Of a stretch of 64,000 nt of DNA, positions 39,065-48,969 are shown piece after piece. The first letter of the stretch is position 1, and each line of letters opens with the position of its first letter. The notes below the pieces were generated by a model. That model saw only the letters and a list, made by a program, of their open reading frames with translations. It did no database searches and had not been told where the DNA came from. The stretch spans positions 4,712,001-4,776,000 of the forward strand of contig NC_079171.1 in assembly GCF_947568905.1 (NCBI RefSeq). The letters run 5' to 3'. The translations under genes and the position numbers were made by a program. The stretch comes from Ostrea edulis (taxonomy: Eukaryota).

Positions 39065-40570
39065 TACTCATGGACAAAAGAAACGTTACACATGAAAAAA
39101 TTATAGTAAAACAATATTTTTTCGTATAAATAAATAAAAACTTGTTTAACAACACTTCATGCTTTACTGATTACACTGGCAAACACAACAAATGTTAAAA
39201 CCTAGTCATGCGTGAATTTATCGTTGATACCCGTAAACATGGTTTCGTGGATATCGCATTGCACGTGCAAAGAAAATCATTTTCATTTTTATCAAATACT
39301 ACTCAAGGTGATTCAGGCAGTAAGAAAAACATCAAAATTTTCCAACATCTTCGCGTATTGCAATGCCCCGGCTCGACAGTTCCAGTCGCGAAAGAGCAAT
39401 TGGCATGTTGGAACTTGGAGCGTCGCAAGCCGACGTTGCACGGCGATTTGGGGTTGCAAGGATCACGATTTCTCGATTATTGCACCGTTTCAACACAACA
39501 AATTCAACAGCAGACCGCCCCCGATCTGGAAGACCTAGGGTAACAACGCCCAGGCAGGACCGCATGATACGATTACGTCATCTACGGAACAGAACGGAAA
39601 ATCCAGCAAACACTGCTGTTGGAATTCCTGGATTGCGGCGAATCAGTCGCCGAACAGTTCAACGACGTTTGTCGGCTGCAGGTCTACGTGCACGACGCCC
39701 ATACAAAGGACCTATGCTGACCCAAAGACACTGCCGAGAACGACTTCAATGGGCTCGACGTCACTTGAGATGGAGGCTTGCAGACTGGAATCACGTTCTG
39801 TTTAGTGATGAATCACGTTTCATGCTGCGCCGAGTGGATGGCAGAACACGCGTGTACCGTAGACGCGGTGAACGCTTCTCTGATGGATGTGTGCTACGCC
39901 ATGACCGCTTTGGAGGCGGAAGTGTAATGATGTGGGGCGGAATAAGTGGTAATCGACGAACAGATCTTGTACCGATCATTGGGACATTAAATGCACAACG
40001 ATACCGTAATGAAATCCTTGCACAACATGTCCGTCCCTTTATCGCTGCAAATGGCGGAATTTTCCAACAGGATAATGCGCGCCCCCACGTTGCAAGAGCC
40101 AACAGAGACTTTCTTGCCAACAATCACATCGACATCTTGCCATGGCCAGCACTTTCGCCCGATTTATCGCCAATCGAGCACCTCTGGGACCAATTAGACC
40201 GTCGAGTAAGACAACGCCGCAATCAACCGGAAACGCTTGAACAGCTTAGAACTGCTTTGCAGGAAGAATGGCAAAGAATCCCTCAGGTCTCCATCAATCG
40301 TCTCATTGCTTCTATGCGTCGTCGTTGTCAAGCTGTTATCGATAACATTGGTTCTTTCACTCGTTATTGACATTGTGAATTGAATATCCGAAGTTAACAC
40401 TTTCCGGCTTTGACTCCGTAATTTGTGTATGTTCAGATTCGGGAAACCTTAGATATTTGTTGTGTTTGAACATTCAAATTTTATTTTTTTATTCCCAAAT
40501 TATATTATATTTTCATGAAATAAAATTACAGTTATACATTTTGGTGTAACGTTTCTTTTGTCCATGAGTA
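39065..40570 (+). mobile_element. Full-length Tc1/mariner element (1506 bp) inserted in an intron
   Basis: Perfect 27-bp TIRs TACTCATGGACAAAAGAAACGTTACAC (39065-39091 and 40544-40570) with TA TSDs. Confidence 0.96.
39363..40370 (+). CDS. Tc1 DD34E transposase, intact (335 aa)
   Basis: Paired-like HTH; FSDESRF, QQDNARPH, and SPDLSPIE with 34 residues between the second D and the E. Confidence 0.97.
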   Translation: MPRLDSSSRERAIGMLELGASQADVARRFGVARITISRLLHRFNTTNSTADRPRSGRPRVTTPRQDRMIRLRHLRNRTENPANTAVGIPGLRRISRRTVQRRLSAAGLRARRPYKGPMLTQRHCRERLQWARRHLRWRLADWNHVLFSDESRFMLRRVDGRTRVYRRRGERFSDGCVLRHDRFGGGSVMMWGGISGNRRTDLVPIIGTLNAQRYRNEILAQHVRPFIAANGGIFQQDNARPHVARANRDFLANNHIDILPWPALSPDLSPIEHLWDQLDRRVRQRRNQPETLEQLRTALQEEWQRIPQVSINRLIASMRRRCQAVIDNIGSFTRY

Positions 40571-42020
40571 TATATACAGTGTGATTTCAGTTTTCAAAAG
40601 AAATTTCACTGCTTACTGATATATATATATATATCACATTGTAAAGGTGAAAGAGGTAAAGAATGCAGGAAAGCTTAAATCATGTTTATTTCTAAATTTT
40701 AAACCAATTGATTTGGATTGAACACTACTGCTTGAAGCAATTCATTGAATTTTGAACAGGGACTCAATGTCAACATTTGCTCCTTTGAATGTTCTGTTTT
40801 ATATTTTCTTGTTGGGATTGTATCATGCTGCAAATGTTTAATTTGGTTCAGCATGAACAATTCCCTTTTGTTTATGTTATTTGGATGTTACATTTGTTGT
40901 GTTTTTAATTTGAAATTTCAGCATCAGCATTCAAGTATTTCATAAGTTACTGCTTTGTGAACATTCCCAGTGGAGGGTAAGTCCGATAATTTCTTTTTGA
41001 TAATATTTATATTTTGATTAATGTCAACAGTAAATGTAAATATTAATAATGGGAGCAGAATTCTTTAAATCTACTTCTGTGGTATCAGACATTTCAAGAC
41101 TTCTATCAATCCAAATAATGAAATGTAATGTGAACTTTATTGGTCCGAGGAAATATCAACCAGATAAATCCTCTGGACTGATAAATTTTAAGACTGTTCG
41201 AGTAAGGAGTTACCTTAACATGCAACATTTTAAACTGGAATTGATTTGTGGTCAGTTATCGTGGTGATTGACATGTACAATACATGTCGGTTTGATGTAA
41301 ACCAAATTTAATTCTAAGACCAAAATAAGATATGTGTGTTTCCTATTTCACTCCCAAAAATATTAGGTAAGGTTGGTAGTTAAAATATTTTATTTTTATA
41401 ACCCACTTAACAAAGTTGCGGCGGGTATAATGTTTTTGACCTGTCCGTCAGTCTCTTTATTGTTAGCACAACTCCTTTGAGACCACTCAACAGAAGTTCA
41501 TGAAACTTTGTAGTTATAAGGACACACTATATAGATGTGCATATTCCCACGAAATTTTGATTTAATAATTTTTCTTGGAGTTATATGCCCCCTTTGAACT
41601 TAGAATTTCGAGCCCGTCTGTCCTGTTCTTGCAGTAGTGCATAGCATTGCCATTCATTGTGTGAGGCATTGTTAAGCAATGTTGGAGTGTGGGGTATGTG
41701 AGCTTGCTCACTTTTGCTTTCTTTCATATCAAAACATTTCATTTGAAATCTTAGTTTTTGATATGCTTTCAATACAAGTCTTTATGCATTAGAAATACTT
41801 TCCACACATTTTGAAGACCAATCGTAGTTAAAATGTCAAACAAAGAAATTCGAATGCAAAAGGGAAAAAAAAAGGTGTGAAAATTTTTGTGAAGATTTTG
41901 TATTTTATTTAAATCTGTACCGTCAATAACATATTTAGTGTTAGTATCGAAAAGGTAGGTAGGCTTGGTAAACCAGAAACATGTATATTTTATTTAAGAG
42001 ATTTTTATTTGAAATAGTTT

Positions 42021-42063
<43 letters not shown>

Positions 42064-43154
42064 AAAAAAAAATTATCTGAATAATTGTGGGTGGGAATGG
42101 GGGTGAATTAACCATGTTAAAAAAATTTCATTTGTATTAAATTTTTCAGGCACAGACAAGAATGAATCATTTAGGCCTGGTTTTATCAACAGTTTGGAGA
42201 ATGCGGTTGCAGGATAGTGCACAAGAAAAAACCTTGAAGCTTCTAACTGAAAACCTTAAAACACAGCCTTTGGTCAAAATTACAGGTAGGAAGTAGTCCT
42301 GAGATAGAATGGTGCTATAAATTTAGCTTTATATGACCCTAATATTGAGTATACATGTATATATAATTACAGTTCTAACATTGTTGGGCTAATATTCAGA
42401 TGTATCTATTATATATATAGATGTACAATGTAGTTTCTTGTCCAAATTAAGCACGAAATATATGCGATATGTTAATGGAGTCGCATAAAGTTACATTTTG
42501 TTACTATGTTCAGATGCCCTCAAGTATTGAATTATCTGATCATTATCTACACACGGTATGTAGCCAATGCTAGTGTAGTGCCAATTAAGAATGGAATGGA
42601 AATGACAGGAAAGTTGAAGTCATCATGTTTGTCTTCAATTTTGTCCCATTTCTTATTTCAAGAAATAATCCAAGTATGAAAGGGATTTTGGCATATGTTT
42701 TGTTGATATTTTCTTTCAATGTCAATGATATGCCAGCACACTTCTTTTTAATTTTACAGGTGACAACCTTGACATTTATGTAAAAACATCGAACTTGGGT
42801 ATCGACAGAAGAAACAAAGATCTCCACCTTTTTACATCAAATGTTCTGTTCAGTAGAGTGGCAACCATTGATATGAACAATGACCCTCCAAAAACTGATC
42901 TATGCAAGGTATCAGCAGAAAACATGTTCTTGCACAACAATGATTTGCAAAGACAAAGACTTATATATGCCTATAGTGTACTGTTAGGAAGAATCTTGTG
43001 CACACTTCCTGTATTTCAAACATTCAAAAAGGCAATACCAGAGCATATTCCTCACGAGTTTATGACAAAAATGTCAGAAAGGTCCATAGTTTTACCATTG
43101 CCGATTCAGTTCAAGAATGAAGCCAAACATGAAAACTGTCTCTCTATTATGGAC

Positions 43155-43944
43155 AGTAAGGAGATCGTGTTGATGGATCGATTACATCTGGATTTGTTTG
43201 AGCAAGAGAAATGTCTCCCTAATGGCGTGGATGTCCGTCTCAGATTCAATCGCGCTCGACCCCAGTTCTACATGATGACCGCTGCCAGGAGTAGTGGGAA
43301 AGTGGTCATTCAAAGTATGATCTTGTGGGTGAGGAAAGTCAAACCTGTGCCGAGTATCATTAATCTCATCAATCAGCAACTGAGTACTCAAACGGCGAAA
43401 TATCCATTGAGACGAGTGGAAGTGAAAACCTTCACCATTCCTAGTGGCACCCAATCTAAAATCACCGATCATCTGTTTCAAGGACAGATGCCTAAACTGA
43501 TCGTGTTGGGCTTTGTGGACAATGCGGCTTTTAATGGGGATAATACCAGAAACCCCTTTCATTTCCAAAATGAGAAAGTCAAGAAATTAGAAATCAGTAT
43601 CAATGGAGAAATGATGGAAACCCGACCTTTGGAACCTAATTTCACCGACGATCAATACCTGAGATCGTATTTGAGTCTGTACAAAGGCTTGGGAAAATTA
43701 GGCCAGGACTGGGCTCCGGACATTACCCTGGAAGAGTATAAAAACGGTTACACCCTCTGGTGTGTGGATTTCACGAAAGATCAAGAAGCCCAGACGGATA
43801 AATTTCATCTCATACAGACTGGGAACTTGAGTGGAAGTGCAATTTGCCGCCAACGTGGCCAGGACCTTAAACTGTGTGGTGTATGCCGTGTTCGACAATC
43901 TGCTAGAAATCAACAAACAACGAGAAGTCAGTATCGATTACTAA
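43155..43944 (+). pseudogene. Maverick major capsid protein (double jelly-roll), N-terminally truncated and frameshifted near 43830
   Basis: [43 protein letters not shown]; the shifted frame ends [17 protein letters not shown]. Confidence 0.88.
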
Positions 43945-43953
43945 GAGAGAGAG

Positions 43954-44451
43954 ATGGATACTCAGCAATTGAGAGATGTTTTACAACGAGATTTAGGACC
44001 GGCGTTTGCAGGTGTGTATCCTCGAGATGTCATACCTGAGCTGTTACCTCATCACAAAGCCATCGTGGTGAATACAGACCCTCACGATCGCCCTGGAGCG
44101 CATTGGGTCTGTTTGTATTTGAGTAGCCCTACCGTCGAATATTTTGATTCTTACGGATTACCTCCCAGCCATAAAGACATCCAACACTTTATTCAACGCC
44201 ACGGAGAGACTTGGATTCATAACACCCATTGTTATCAAGATTTGAATACGGATGTCTGTGGACAATACTGTGTGTATTTTTTACATCAACGCCATCGACA
44301 TAGAAGCACCGTACAAGAATGGTTACTTCCCTGGAAAGGCACGGCCTTACAACGCGATCGTTTTGTGGCTGATTGGTTTAAAGAGACCTTCCGAAAACCG
44401 AGAACCCATCAAGGACAAACTTGTCAATGTCAAAGACTGAATGTATTGTAA
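43954..44451 (+). CDS. Adenain-like (C5) cysteine maturation protease
   Basis: IVVNTD....[12 protein letters not shown] and YQ....VCGQYC (His/Asp/Gln/Cys catalytic set). Confidence 0.92.
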   Translation: MDTQQLRDVLQRDLGPAFAGVYPRDVIPELLPHHKAIVVNTDPHDRPGAHWVCLYLSSPTVEYFDSYGLPPSHKDIQHFIQRHGETWIHNTHCYQDLNTDVCGQYCVYFLHQRHRHRSTVQEWLLPWKGTALQRDRFVADWFKETFRKPRTHQGQTCQCQRLNVL

Positions 44452-44554
44452 ACTATGTTATTGTATTGTTATTGTTCACAGTTGGAGTTTAATAAAACGT
44501 TGGAAAAAATCTTGTGGTTTTTTTTTTTTTTTCTTGTCATTGTAATCAACCATG

Positions 44555-44596
44555 TCTTTTCAAAAAGAATGGGTAGCCCTGAAAAGGGCTGTTTTT
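44555..44596 (-). terminator. Histone-type 3' stem-loop (44575-44590) plus downstream purine-rich element
   Basis: Minus strand AAAAAC-AGCCCT-TTTC-AGGGCT-ACCCA then TTTGAAAAGA. Confidence 0.8.
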
Positions 44597-44660
44597 TCTC
44601 TCTCTCTCTCTCTGTTCTTGGTCTTTTCTCTTCTTCTTCTTCTCTCTTCTCCGTCCCCCC

Positions 44661-44957
44661 TCACTGTGTGTTCTTCTTCCTCTTTCTTCTCTTCTTTTTC
44701 TGCTCCTCCGGGGGTTGCTGGTGATCAAACACAAAAACAGGCAACCACCCGTGTTTAAAAAACACTCTCCCCGGAGGCCGCTGCACCACTTCCAACTCTG
44801 CGTCCCAGTTTTCCTCTGGCGGGGGCAGATCCTGGCTCATGGGCGGTGGGGGAAGAGCCTCCCGTGAGGCCGGCGGGGCAATCTCTCGCTCCCAATCCTC
44901 CTCCCATTTGAAACAATAATCATTCACTGTAGGGTCTGGTCCTACTCTGCGGCTCAT
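44661..44957 (-). CDS. Small acidic/Pro-rich protein with a basic C-terminal NLS-like tail
   Basis: ATG start, conserved promoter block upstream (45030-45054) and histone-type stem-loop downstream; function unknown. Confidence 0.55.
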   Translation of the reverse strand: MSRRVGPDPTVNDYCFKWEEDWEREIAPPASREALPPPPMSQDLPPPEENWDAELEVVQRPPGRVFFKHGWLPVFVFDHQQPPEEQKKKRRKRKKNTQ

Positions 44958-45144
44958 ATCTACTTCTCTGGTTCCTTAAAAAATCGGAATGCCAGATTTT
45001 TGACGTTGCGCTCGTTTAAAAAGGTGAGAGCGCGGACGTCCTTGAAAACATCCCCTACCTCAGTCAAAGATGGCGGACGTCATGTTGATGACTCATCAAA
45101 AAAACACTATATAAATAGGTCACTTGTTACCATTTTTCTCAATC

Positions 45145-45546
45145 ATGTCGTTTGAACGGTACGCGAATGATGAGAAAGATGTACTAGTGTGTGGGTATTG
45201 CCGAGGACATTGGAGAACTTGTGGCTGTTTTCATTATAAAAAAGAAAACATCCTGGCCAAACACAAGTGGATAGAGAGTTTGGCAGAGCTGAATTATTAT
45301 CCCTTTGTCTATAAATGTTGTAGTCACACTAGAGAACCCTGGCTAAAGTGTAAGTGTCCGCAGCATTGTACCATCACCCCTGAAGAAGAAATAGCGCATA
45401 AGGACTGTACCTGTGAGATCTGTCAGGAGTTTAGAGAGCGCTGGACTCGGAGAAAGTTTTATCCCCACCTGTTTCAACATTGTCCTTACAGTCAAGAACC
45501 CTGGTCAACGTGTACCTGTGAGACCTGTCAACCAGCATGTCGGTGA
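45145..45546 (+). CDS. Cys/His-rich small protein (putative zinc-binding)
   Basis: ATG at 45145 below the TATA box (about 45109); repeated CxC/CxxC clusters; stop overlaps the macrodomain start. Confidence 0.55.
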   Translation: MSFERYANDEKDVLVCGYCRGHWRTCGCFHYKKENILAKHKWIESLAELNYYPFVYKCCSHTREPWLKCKCPQHCTITPEEEIAHKDCTCEICQEFRERWTRRKFYPHLFQHCPYSQEPWSTCTCETCQPACR

Positions 45547-46034
45547 CGGATCTACGAGGAGATGTATTATCTCTACCTTGGGTGGATGCTATTGTACAAC
45601 AATGTAACTGTTTAACAGTGAAACCTCATGGATTAAGTCAACGTATTGCCGACCGATTTCCTTGGGCTAATCTGTATGCGACCCGACAACCTTTAGGACG
45701 GAGAAATTTAGCTATAGAAGCGGATCGAGGAATACCGGGTACTGTGTGTATTATGCCTCATTCTACTCATCCTGATGTGATCTGTTTGTTAGCGCAATGG
45801 GATTACGGGAGAGGCACTCAACGGTTACCCCTGTATGCCGATACCCCCGAACAACGTGAACTTTGGTTTCAACAATGTTTACAGAAATTAGACACTTTGT
45901 CTTACCAGACTTTAGCGTTTCCTTATCGTATTGGATGTGGATTAGCCGGAGGCAATTGGACTCATTATAGACAATGGATTTGTGACTTTGCTTATCAGTA
46001 TCATAAACATGTTTACATTGTCAAGAAAATGTAA
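45537..46034 (+). CDS. Macrodomain protein (TARG1/DarG/phage-like branch)
   Basis: GDVL, AIVQQCNC, GLSQRIADRFP and LAFPYRIGCGLAGGNW. Confidence 0.85.
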   Translation: MSVTDLRGDVLSLPWVDAIVQQCNCLTVKPHGLSQRIADRFPWANLYATRQPLGRRNLAIEADRGIPGTVCIMPHSTHPDVICLLAQWDYGRGTQRLPLYADTPEQRELWFQQCLQKLDTLSYQTLAFPYRIGCGLAGGNWTHYRQWICDFAYQYHKHVYIVKKM

Positions 46035-46063
46035 CTTTATTATAGCTTTATTCTAGCTATTAC

Positions 46064-46103
<40 letters not shown>

Positions 46104-46199
46104 TTATTCTGCCTACTATGTGACTTGTGTTAATAAAACTTTTAAAAAAAAAACAAAAAAAAAAACTTGTGTGTTTCTTGATTTTTGCAATAAAAAGTG

Positions 46200-46240
46200 T
46201 CTTTTCAAAAAAGTTGGTGGCCCTGAAAAGGGCCGTTTGG
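46200..46240 (-). terminator. Histone-type 3' stem-loop (46219-46234) plus downstream purine-rich element
   Basis: Minus strand CCAAAC-GGCCCT-TTTC-AGGGCC-ACCAA then TTTGAAAAGA, about 21 nt after the RING ORF stop. Confidence 0.9.
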
Positions 46241-46255
46241 TCCTAAGACCGACTT

Positions 46256-47050
46256 TCAATGCCTGGTTCCGGTAAACCGGCATAACGGGCACCGTCCCCG
46301 GGTGTGTCGCCGCTCCTCTAACTGTTCCACGCACGAGCAGCAAGCTGGGCGCTGCCCACATCCCCTACACGTGATACCGGAGTGTACCCTGTCTTGCCAG
46401 CAGACAGGGCACTTAAACCAGATAGGAACCGCCCTATCTGCCCAGCCAGGGACAGTCATAGGGTGGTTCCTCGGGGGATGACTTGCCACCGGTGCGTGGG
46501 TTGGTCTCGGTGGCGGAGTCCTCCCTGCAAACCGGATGGTAGGTGGTGGGGGTCTTGCAGGGGCTGCTGGTCTCGGTGGTGATGGTGATGACGTGTCTGA
46601 CACCAACAGCGACGGACTCTGGGCTGGGCTGGGAGGTGGTGCGGGGGACGGTGACCTCGGTGAGTACTCCACCGGTGACGCTGGTGAGTCGCTCATCGGC
46701 ACCGGGCTGTATTCCACTGGTGCCGATGGGATCGCTGGTGGTGGTGTTGTAGGCGTCGCCGGGGAGTAAGGTGGTGGTGGTGAGGGTGGCTGTGGGGCCC
46801 GTCGGCGCGGTCTCGTAGCCGTGGACATCCGAGCGGTGCGGCGGCGTCCCCTCCCTTCATACTCTGCCCGCACCCGGCAGATGATCTCACGGGCCCCACT
46901 CTGGTCGAAAGGGGAGAAGGTGCTCAGGTCGTTCTCAGAACGCACGACCCAATTCTCCCCTACCCGTTCCTCAGCCACCACTAAGAGCCGGTACCGAAAG
47001 CCAGGCAGGGTCTGAAAGTTGTAAATAGGCTCTCTTCTTCCTTCAGCCAT
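46256..47050 (-). CDS. Pro/Ser-rich protein with a C-terminal C4C4 RING-like finger (putative E3 ligase)
   Basis: CPVC-x10-CRGC-x5-CCSC-x13-CPLC; homolog at 55115-55786. Confidence 0.75.
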   Translation of the reverse strand: MAEGRREPIYNFQTLPGFRYRLLVVAEERVGENWVVRSENDLSTFSPFDQSGAREIICRVRAEYEGRGRRRTARMSTATRPRRRAPQPPSPPPPYSPATPTTPPPAIPSAPVEYSPVPMSDSPASPVEYSPRSPSPAPPPSPAQSPSLLVSDTSSPSPPRPAAPARPPPPTIRFAGRTPPPRPTHAPVASHPPRNHPMTVPGWADRAVPIWFKCPVCWQDRVHSGITCRGCGQRPACCSCVEQLEERRHTRGRCPLCRFTGTRH

Positions 47051-47602
47051 TCTTCTTTCTTCTATCTTCTTTAAAATAATGAAAAGCTGTGCTGGATCAC
47101 CAGTGAAGCGAACTGGCGAGCGCGCCGGTATATATCAGGAAAGCGCGGACCTCCTCGAAAACATCCCTCGCTTCGGAGACGAAGCCAAGATGGTGGCCGT
47201 CAAAATGGCGGATTTGTGCTTTCGAGTAGAGAGTTTTTTCTCATTGTCTTTTTCTAGACATTCGATATCTGTGCATGGTAGATTTAATCTGATAGATTCT
47301 GGGGCGCGGAATTCGTTAAACTTATTTTTATTTTGCTACGTCGCATAGTTTTCAAAGAAACAGAGGTTAAAGAGGTCGAGTCGAGGTTCAATGTTTCTTC
47401 ACCACCTCTTTAAAAATTTATTTCTCGACCATGTACATCCCTAAAAACATCTCATAAGGTCTATTCGATAGAAAACACCTTATTTGATTCGATTTTCACT
47501 CTACCTTTAGGATTTTCTGGATTCCTCAACAAATAAACCCTTCTCTGAGAGAGTCAACCAAACACAGCTTTCGTGTAAACAATTTTATTCATGTCACATA
47601 TT

Positions 47603-47959
47603 TCAAATACATAACTCCCACACACAACACCAATTCACATGTATTTTTAAAATAGGGTCCAACATTTTTTCCATTTCTCGAATCCTGCGTTGAAATCGAT
47701 ATCGATCAGCGGCTACAGTCATCCAGATACTTGTCCGGTCTTCTTCGGGTAACAGATACACTTCATTATGATCCAGATTAAAAGTTACACATTTTCTTGT
47801 ATTTTGTTGTACATGTGATGAAGATACCGCCCTCGAAGGGTGTCGATCACGCCACTGATGTGCGGCTTTGTTCTCTTTAATTCCTCGGCTACTAAATGAA
47901 TCAACACTAATGCCTCGGTGTTGATACGGTTCTCGATCAAATGTCTGCATATCCACCAA
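47603..47959 (-). CDS. PPP1R15/GADD34/ICP34.5-like PP1-eIF2alpha adaptor
   Basis: RVxF-type KCVTF followed by RTSIWMTVAADRYRFQRRI...LDPIL. Confidence 0.85.
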   Translation of the reverse strand: MVDMQTFDREPYQHRGISVDSFSSRGIKENKAAHQWRDRHPSRAVSSSHVQQNTRKCVTFNLDHNEVYLLPEEDRTSIWMTVAADRYRFQRRIREMEKMLDPILKIHVNWCCVWELCI

Positions 47960-48123
47960 TATTCGTCTAAAGTTATTGGAAATAATACCGCACGAAGATA
48001 GGATTTCAATTTTTGAAAATCTGGCAAGTTTTCTATTTCCTCAATACACTGTAGGACAAATGTTTTTTCGATGTTATCCCTAGCAGTCATGATTTCATAA
48101 ATGAAATGAATTAAGTTCTTCAC
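47785..48123 (-). CDS. Bcl-2-like helical paralog 4
   Basis: Shares the FP.TLDEY..I...L.EN....LVLI....EELKR..P pattern with its neighbours. Confidence 0.55.
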   Translation of the reverse strand: MKNLIHFIYEIMTARDNIEKTFVLQCIEEIENLPDFQKLKSYLRAVLFPITLDEYWWICRHLIENRINTEALVLIHLVAEELKRTKPHISGVIDTLRGRYLHHMYNKIQENV

Positions 48124-48487
48124 ACTTTATGTATACTTCTCGAAGCCAGTCCTTGGTGATACTTTCAATCTCGGCGGTTTTTTCAGGCATGCGTTTCTTG
48201 AATTCCTCCCCCACAACATAAATTAACATCAATCCCGCATCGTTATAGAGATTGATGTACACCCGGTTCCGTAGATCTGTATATTGGTCCAGAGTCAATG
48301 GAAACACTCCCCCTATCAGAAAATTTTTAGCGAATTGAAACACCGTATCGTCTTGCATTTTCTCGACCCATTCTAATGCATGGTTATGCGCTTTTTCTGC
48401 GATGTTGTCACTTTCAGCCATGGTTTGTAAATGACTAAAATGAATACAAGTATCCGCTTTTTCTACGATGTGGTCACTGCTGGCCAT
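48095..48487 (-). CDS. Bcl-2-like helical paralog 3 (likely ATG about 48421)
   Basis: FPLTLDQY...GLMLIYVVGEEFKKRMPEKTAEIESITKDWL. Confidence 0.55.
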   Translation of the reverse strand: MASSDHIVEKADTCIHFSHLQTMAESDNIAEKAHNHALEWVEKMQDDTVFQFAKNFLIGGVFPLTLDQYTDLRNRVYINLYNDAGLMLIYVVGEEFKKRMPEKTAEIESITKDWLREVYIKCEELNSFHL

Positions 48488-48969
48488 CCTCCAGGAATAA
48501 AGGAAAAGAAAAACGGTGAGGTTTTTTTATACACCTTTTCCAGCCAGTGATCGGTAATCGCTACAATCGCCCCAGTCTTCTCAGGTTCCCTTCGTCTAAA
48601 TTCTTGCTCCATGGTATAAATCATGATCAATCCAGACTCTCTGTTCAGGTTGTCGGCTATATGCTTGCAAACGCCGGAATATTCATATAAGGTCATAGGA
48701 AATTCCCAAAAGATCAACAACTTCATGGCGAATTTATATCTCAACGGCTGTTTTTCTTTCCAGTCCTTGATACACTGTAATGCAGCGCTACGAGCGTTGT
48801 TCACCGATTCTTTGTAGTCCTTGAAATACTGTAATACAGCGGTAAGAACATTGTTGTCCCATTCAGCCATGATGATCAAATGAAAAAAAATTCCAAAACG
48901 TTCTTGTTTTATAACAGGGCAGCCATTCCTTTCATACGAATCAGTTCCACGAATCCTTTTTGTAAACAA
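48463..48969 (-). CDS. Bcl-2-like helical paralog 2 (likely ATG about 48870)
   Basis: FPMTLYEY...GLIMIYTMEQEFRRREPEKTGAIVAITDHWL. Confidence 0.55.
   Translation of the reverse strand: MFTKRIRGTDSYERNGCPVIKQERFGIFFHLIIMAEWDNNVLTAVLQYFKDYKESVNNARSAALQCIKDWKEKQPLRYKFAMKLLIFWEFPMTLYEYSGVCKHIADNLNRESGLIMIYTMEQEFRRREPEKTGAIVAITDHWLEKVYKKTSPFFFSFIPGGWPAVTTS

Larger units (their letters stand above)
37399..43154 (+). pseudogene. Academ-type transposase gene, 3'-truncated, spliced (exons about 37399-38162, 38459-38641, 42150-42287, 42760-43154)
   Basis: N-terminal CxxC..CxxC finger; the spliced junction reconstitutes KITG-DNLD; DLHLFTS and LLGRIL..IPEHIPH..MS..S follow. Paired with an opposite-strand RecQ-type helicase as in AcademH. 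Confidence 0.6.

Noticed and set aside
39791-40197. Antisense and alternative-frame ORFs in the Tc1 transposase (similar cases in the LINE and RING genes)
   Set aside because: They are shadows of GC-rich real coding sequence with no independent motifs.
42795-44039. Single 414-aa gene
   Set aside because: It is a chimera of an Academ transposase exon and a truncated, frameshifted capsid gene; reported as separate features.
44455-44758. Low-complexity ORFs over the CT/GA-rich tract
   Set aside because: The tract is the 3'UTR between convergent genes and the translations are compositional noise.
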